NCBI GenBank assembly: GCA_965226375.1
Contig: CBDDCX010000008.1
Coordinates: forward strand, 512,001-576,000
From: Longimicrobiales bacterium
GTDB lineage: Bacteria; Gemmatimonadota; Gemmatimonadetes; Longimicrobiales; Gaopeijiaceae
Reading direction: 5' to 3'
Length of the DNA: 64,000 bases
Part shown: positions 62,816 to 64,000 of the stretch, in pieces
Layout of the letters: each line of letters begins with the position of its first letter
Numbering within the stretch: the first letter of the stretch is position 1
Program-made: the position numbers and the translations under genes
Notes under the pieces: model-generated
Databases searched by the model: none
What the model was told of the DNA's origin: nothing
Seen by the model: the letters and a program-made list of their open reading frames with translations, nothing else

Positions 62816-64000
62816 CTATCCCCCCGAAGGGGCCGTCATGTCCTTCTGAACGACCACGGTCATCCCCGGGAAGCGCCAGCGTTCGGACCGCGTCTCCTGC
62901 CCGTTGTACTCGACCGAGACTTGCAGCCAACGGTCTCTCGGAAGTCCGCACACGGCGAAAAGGCCGTCATCCCGCGCGACGTCCGCTTCCGCCTCGATGT
63001 CGCGCCTCTGGAAGCCACCGGGCACGGCGCGAATCTCTTGCCAACCGATTTTGAGGCGGGCTCCGGGGGCCGGTTCACCTGAAACCTGACGCACGTGGCC
63101 CGTAATGATACCTCCACCCACCCTGGATTCGTGCGGGCCACAAACGGGTGTGAGGGCCGCAACCACCCCGGGAAACTCGAGTCGGATAGAAGATACTTTG
63201 CCGGGAATCGACTCCACATACGTCGTAGGGGAGGCGAGTCCCAGAGCGTCCAGCTCGGGATTGGACACGCTGATCCCGTAATTGCCTGCGGGCAGCGACG
63301 TGAAGCGAAAGCGACCCTCTTCATCGGTGGTAGCCTGGTCGGATGCATCAAGCAGGACGACGGCCCCGGTCACAGGCCCTCGCCCCGTCGAGTCCACCAC
63401 GACGCCCTCCAAGATACCCGCTCGCGAGTCCAGAACGATCTCACCCCCGACGTTGCTGACCCGGACTATGAGTCCGCCCTCTTCCTTGATGCCCTCCAGG
63501 TTCACTCGCGTGCCGCCCCGTTCCAACTGAGTGATCGACAGCAACGGCATGCGGATGGTCCATTCCCGGACGATCCACGTTCCGTTGGGCAGCCCCTCGA
63601 AGCTTACCCGACCACCAAGACGGTCCCGATTGGGCACGTCGAGCTCCTCGTAGCCGTAGTCCAGCCACTTGAGCCGGCCGTTGGACGGGTCGACCCAGAG
63701 CGTACCGCTGATCTCCGTGATGCCGCGGTCCTCCACGGGCTCGAAGGCGAGCCCGATCAGGCCTTCCGACTCGTCCTTCCCTTCGGTCAGGCGCATGCAG
63801 TGCGTGTCGAGGAACGGGTCCGAGAGGAGCACGTCCGCATCGGGTGCGTAGTAGACACTCCCATCGCCATCGGGTCGCACGAATCCGCCGGTCAAGAGGT
63901 CGTCTACGGGCAGGCTCTTCCACGGATTGGGCGTCAACTGTCGATCGATCCGACTCTCCTCCTTCAGCACACGCCGCCCCCGTGCGTCGAGTTCCCGCTC
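62816..64000 (-). CDS. Carboxypeptidase-regulatory-like domain protein (5' partial)
   Basis: G.VVDS...PV.GA.V...TDEEGRFRF..LPAG.Y and G.F.VCGLP; frame runs to the window edge. Confidence 0.7.
   Translation of the reverse strand, partial: ERELDARGRRVLKEESRIDRQLTPNPWKSLPVDDLLTGGFVRPDGDGSVYYAPDADVLLSDPFLDTHCMRLTEGKDESEGLIGLAFEPVEDRGITEISGTLWVDPSNGRLKWLDYGYEELDVPNRDRLGGRVSFEGLPNGTWIVREWTIRMPLLSITQLERGGTRVNLEGIKEEGGLIVRVSNVGGEIVLDSRAGILEGVVVDSTGRGPVTGAVVLLDASDQATTDEEGRFRFTSLPAGNYGISVSNPELDALGLASPTTYVESIPGKVSSIRLEFPGVVAALTPVCGPHESRVGGGIITGHVRQVSGEPAPGARLKIGWQEIRAVPGGFQRRDIEAEADVARDDGLFAVCGLPRDRWLQVSVEYNGQETRSERWRFPGMTVVVQKDMTAPSGG

Overview
A GC-rich bacterial chromosomal window; the gene repertoire suggests Gemmatimonadota (inference only). 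1-10.3 kb holds four paralogous secreted His-rich beta-propeller-like proteins, a DUF5916-like outer-membrane protein and a DUF4139-like protein. 10.4-35 kb is mostly housekeeping: SSS symporter with a MatB-like ligase, nfuA, glyQS, an NSS transporter, nth, an M6 protease with a lipoprotein, a hidden MetS-like 36-aa ORF, carB, HDAC, ccmH, an M24 peptidase, priA and an HNH nuclease. 35-46 kb has two convergent ECF sigma/anti-sigma cassettes around a TolC-MacAB-type exporter. 46-64 kb has a NatAB-like/CPBP transporter, thrC, a NAGPA-like protein, a TonB receptor and a type IV minor-pilin locus with an embedded membrane/spermidine-synthase-like fusion gene. Three near-identical 1067-bp IS1595-family insertions split an ECF sigma gene, split the fusion gene, and separate pilX from its RBS. 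The main non-coding signals are a ~156-nt covarying hairpin element (two clear copies and one related element, each just downstream of a stop codon) and two perfect DnaA boxes upstream of the pilin operon. No rRNA, tRNA or CRISPR array was recognised. All family assignments are from motif recognition, not database searches.
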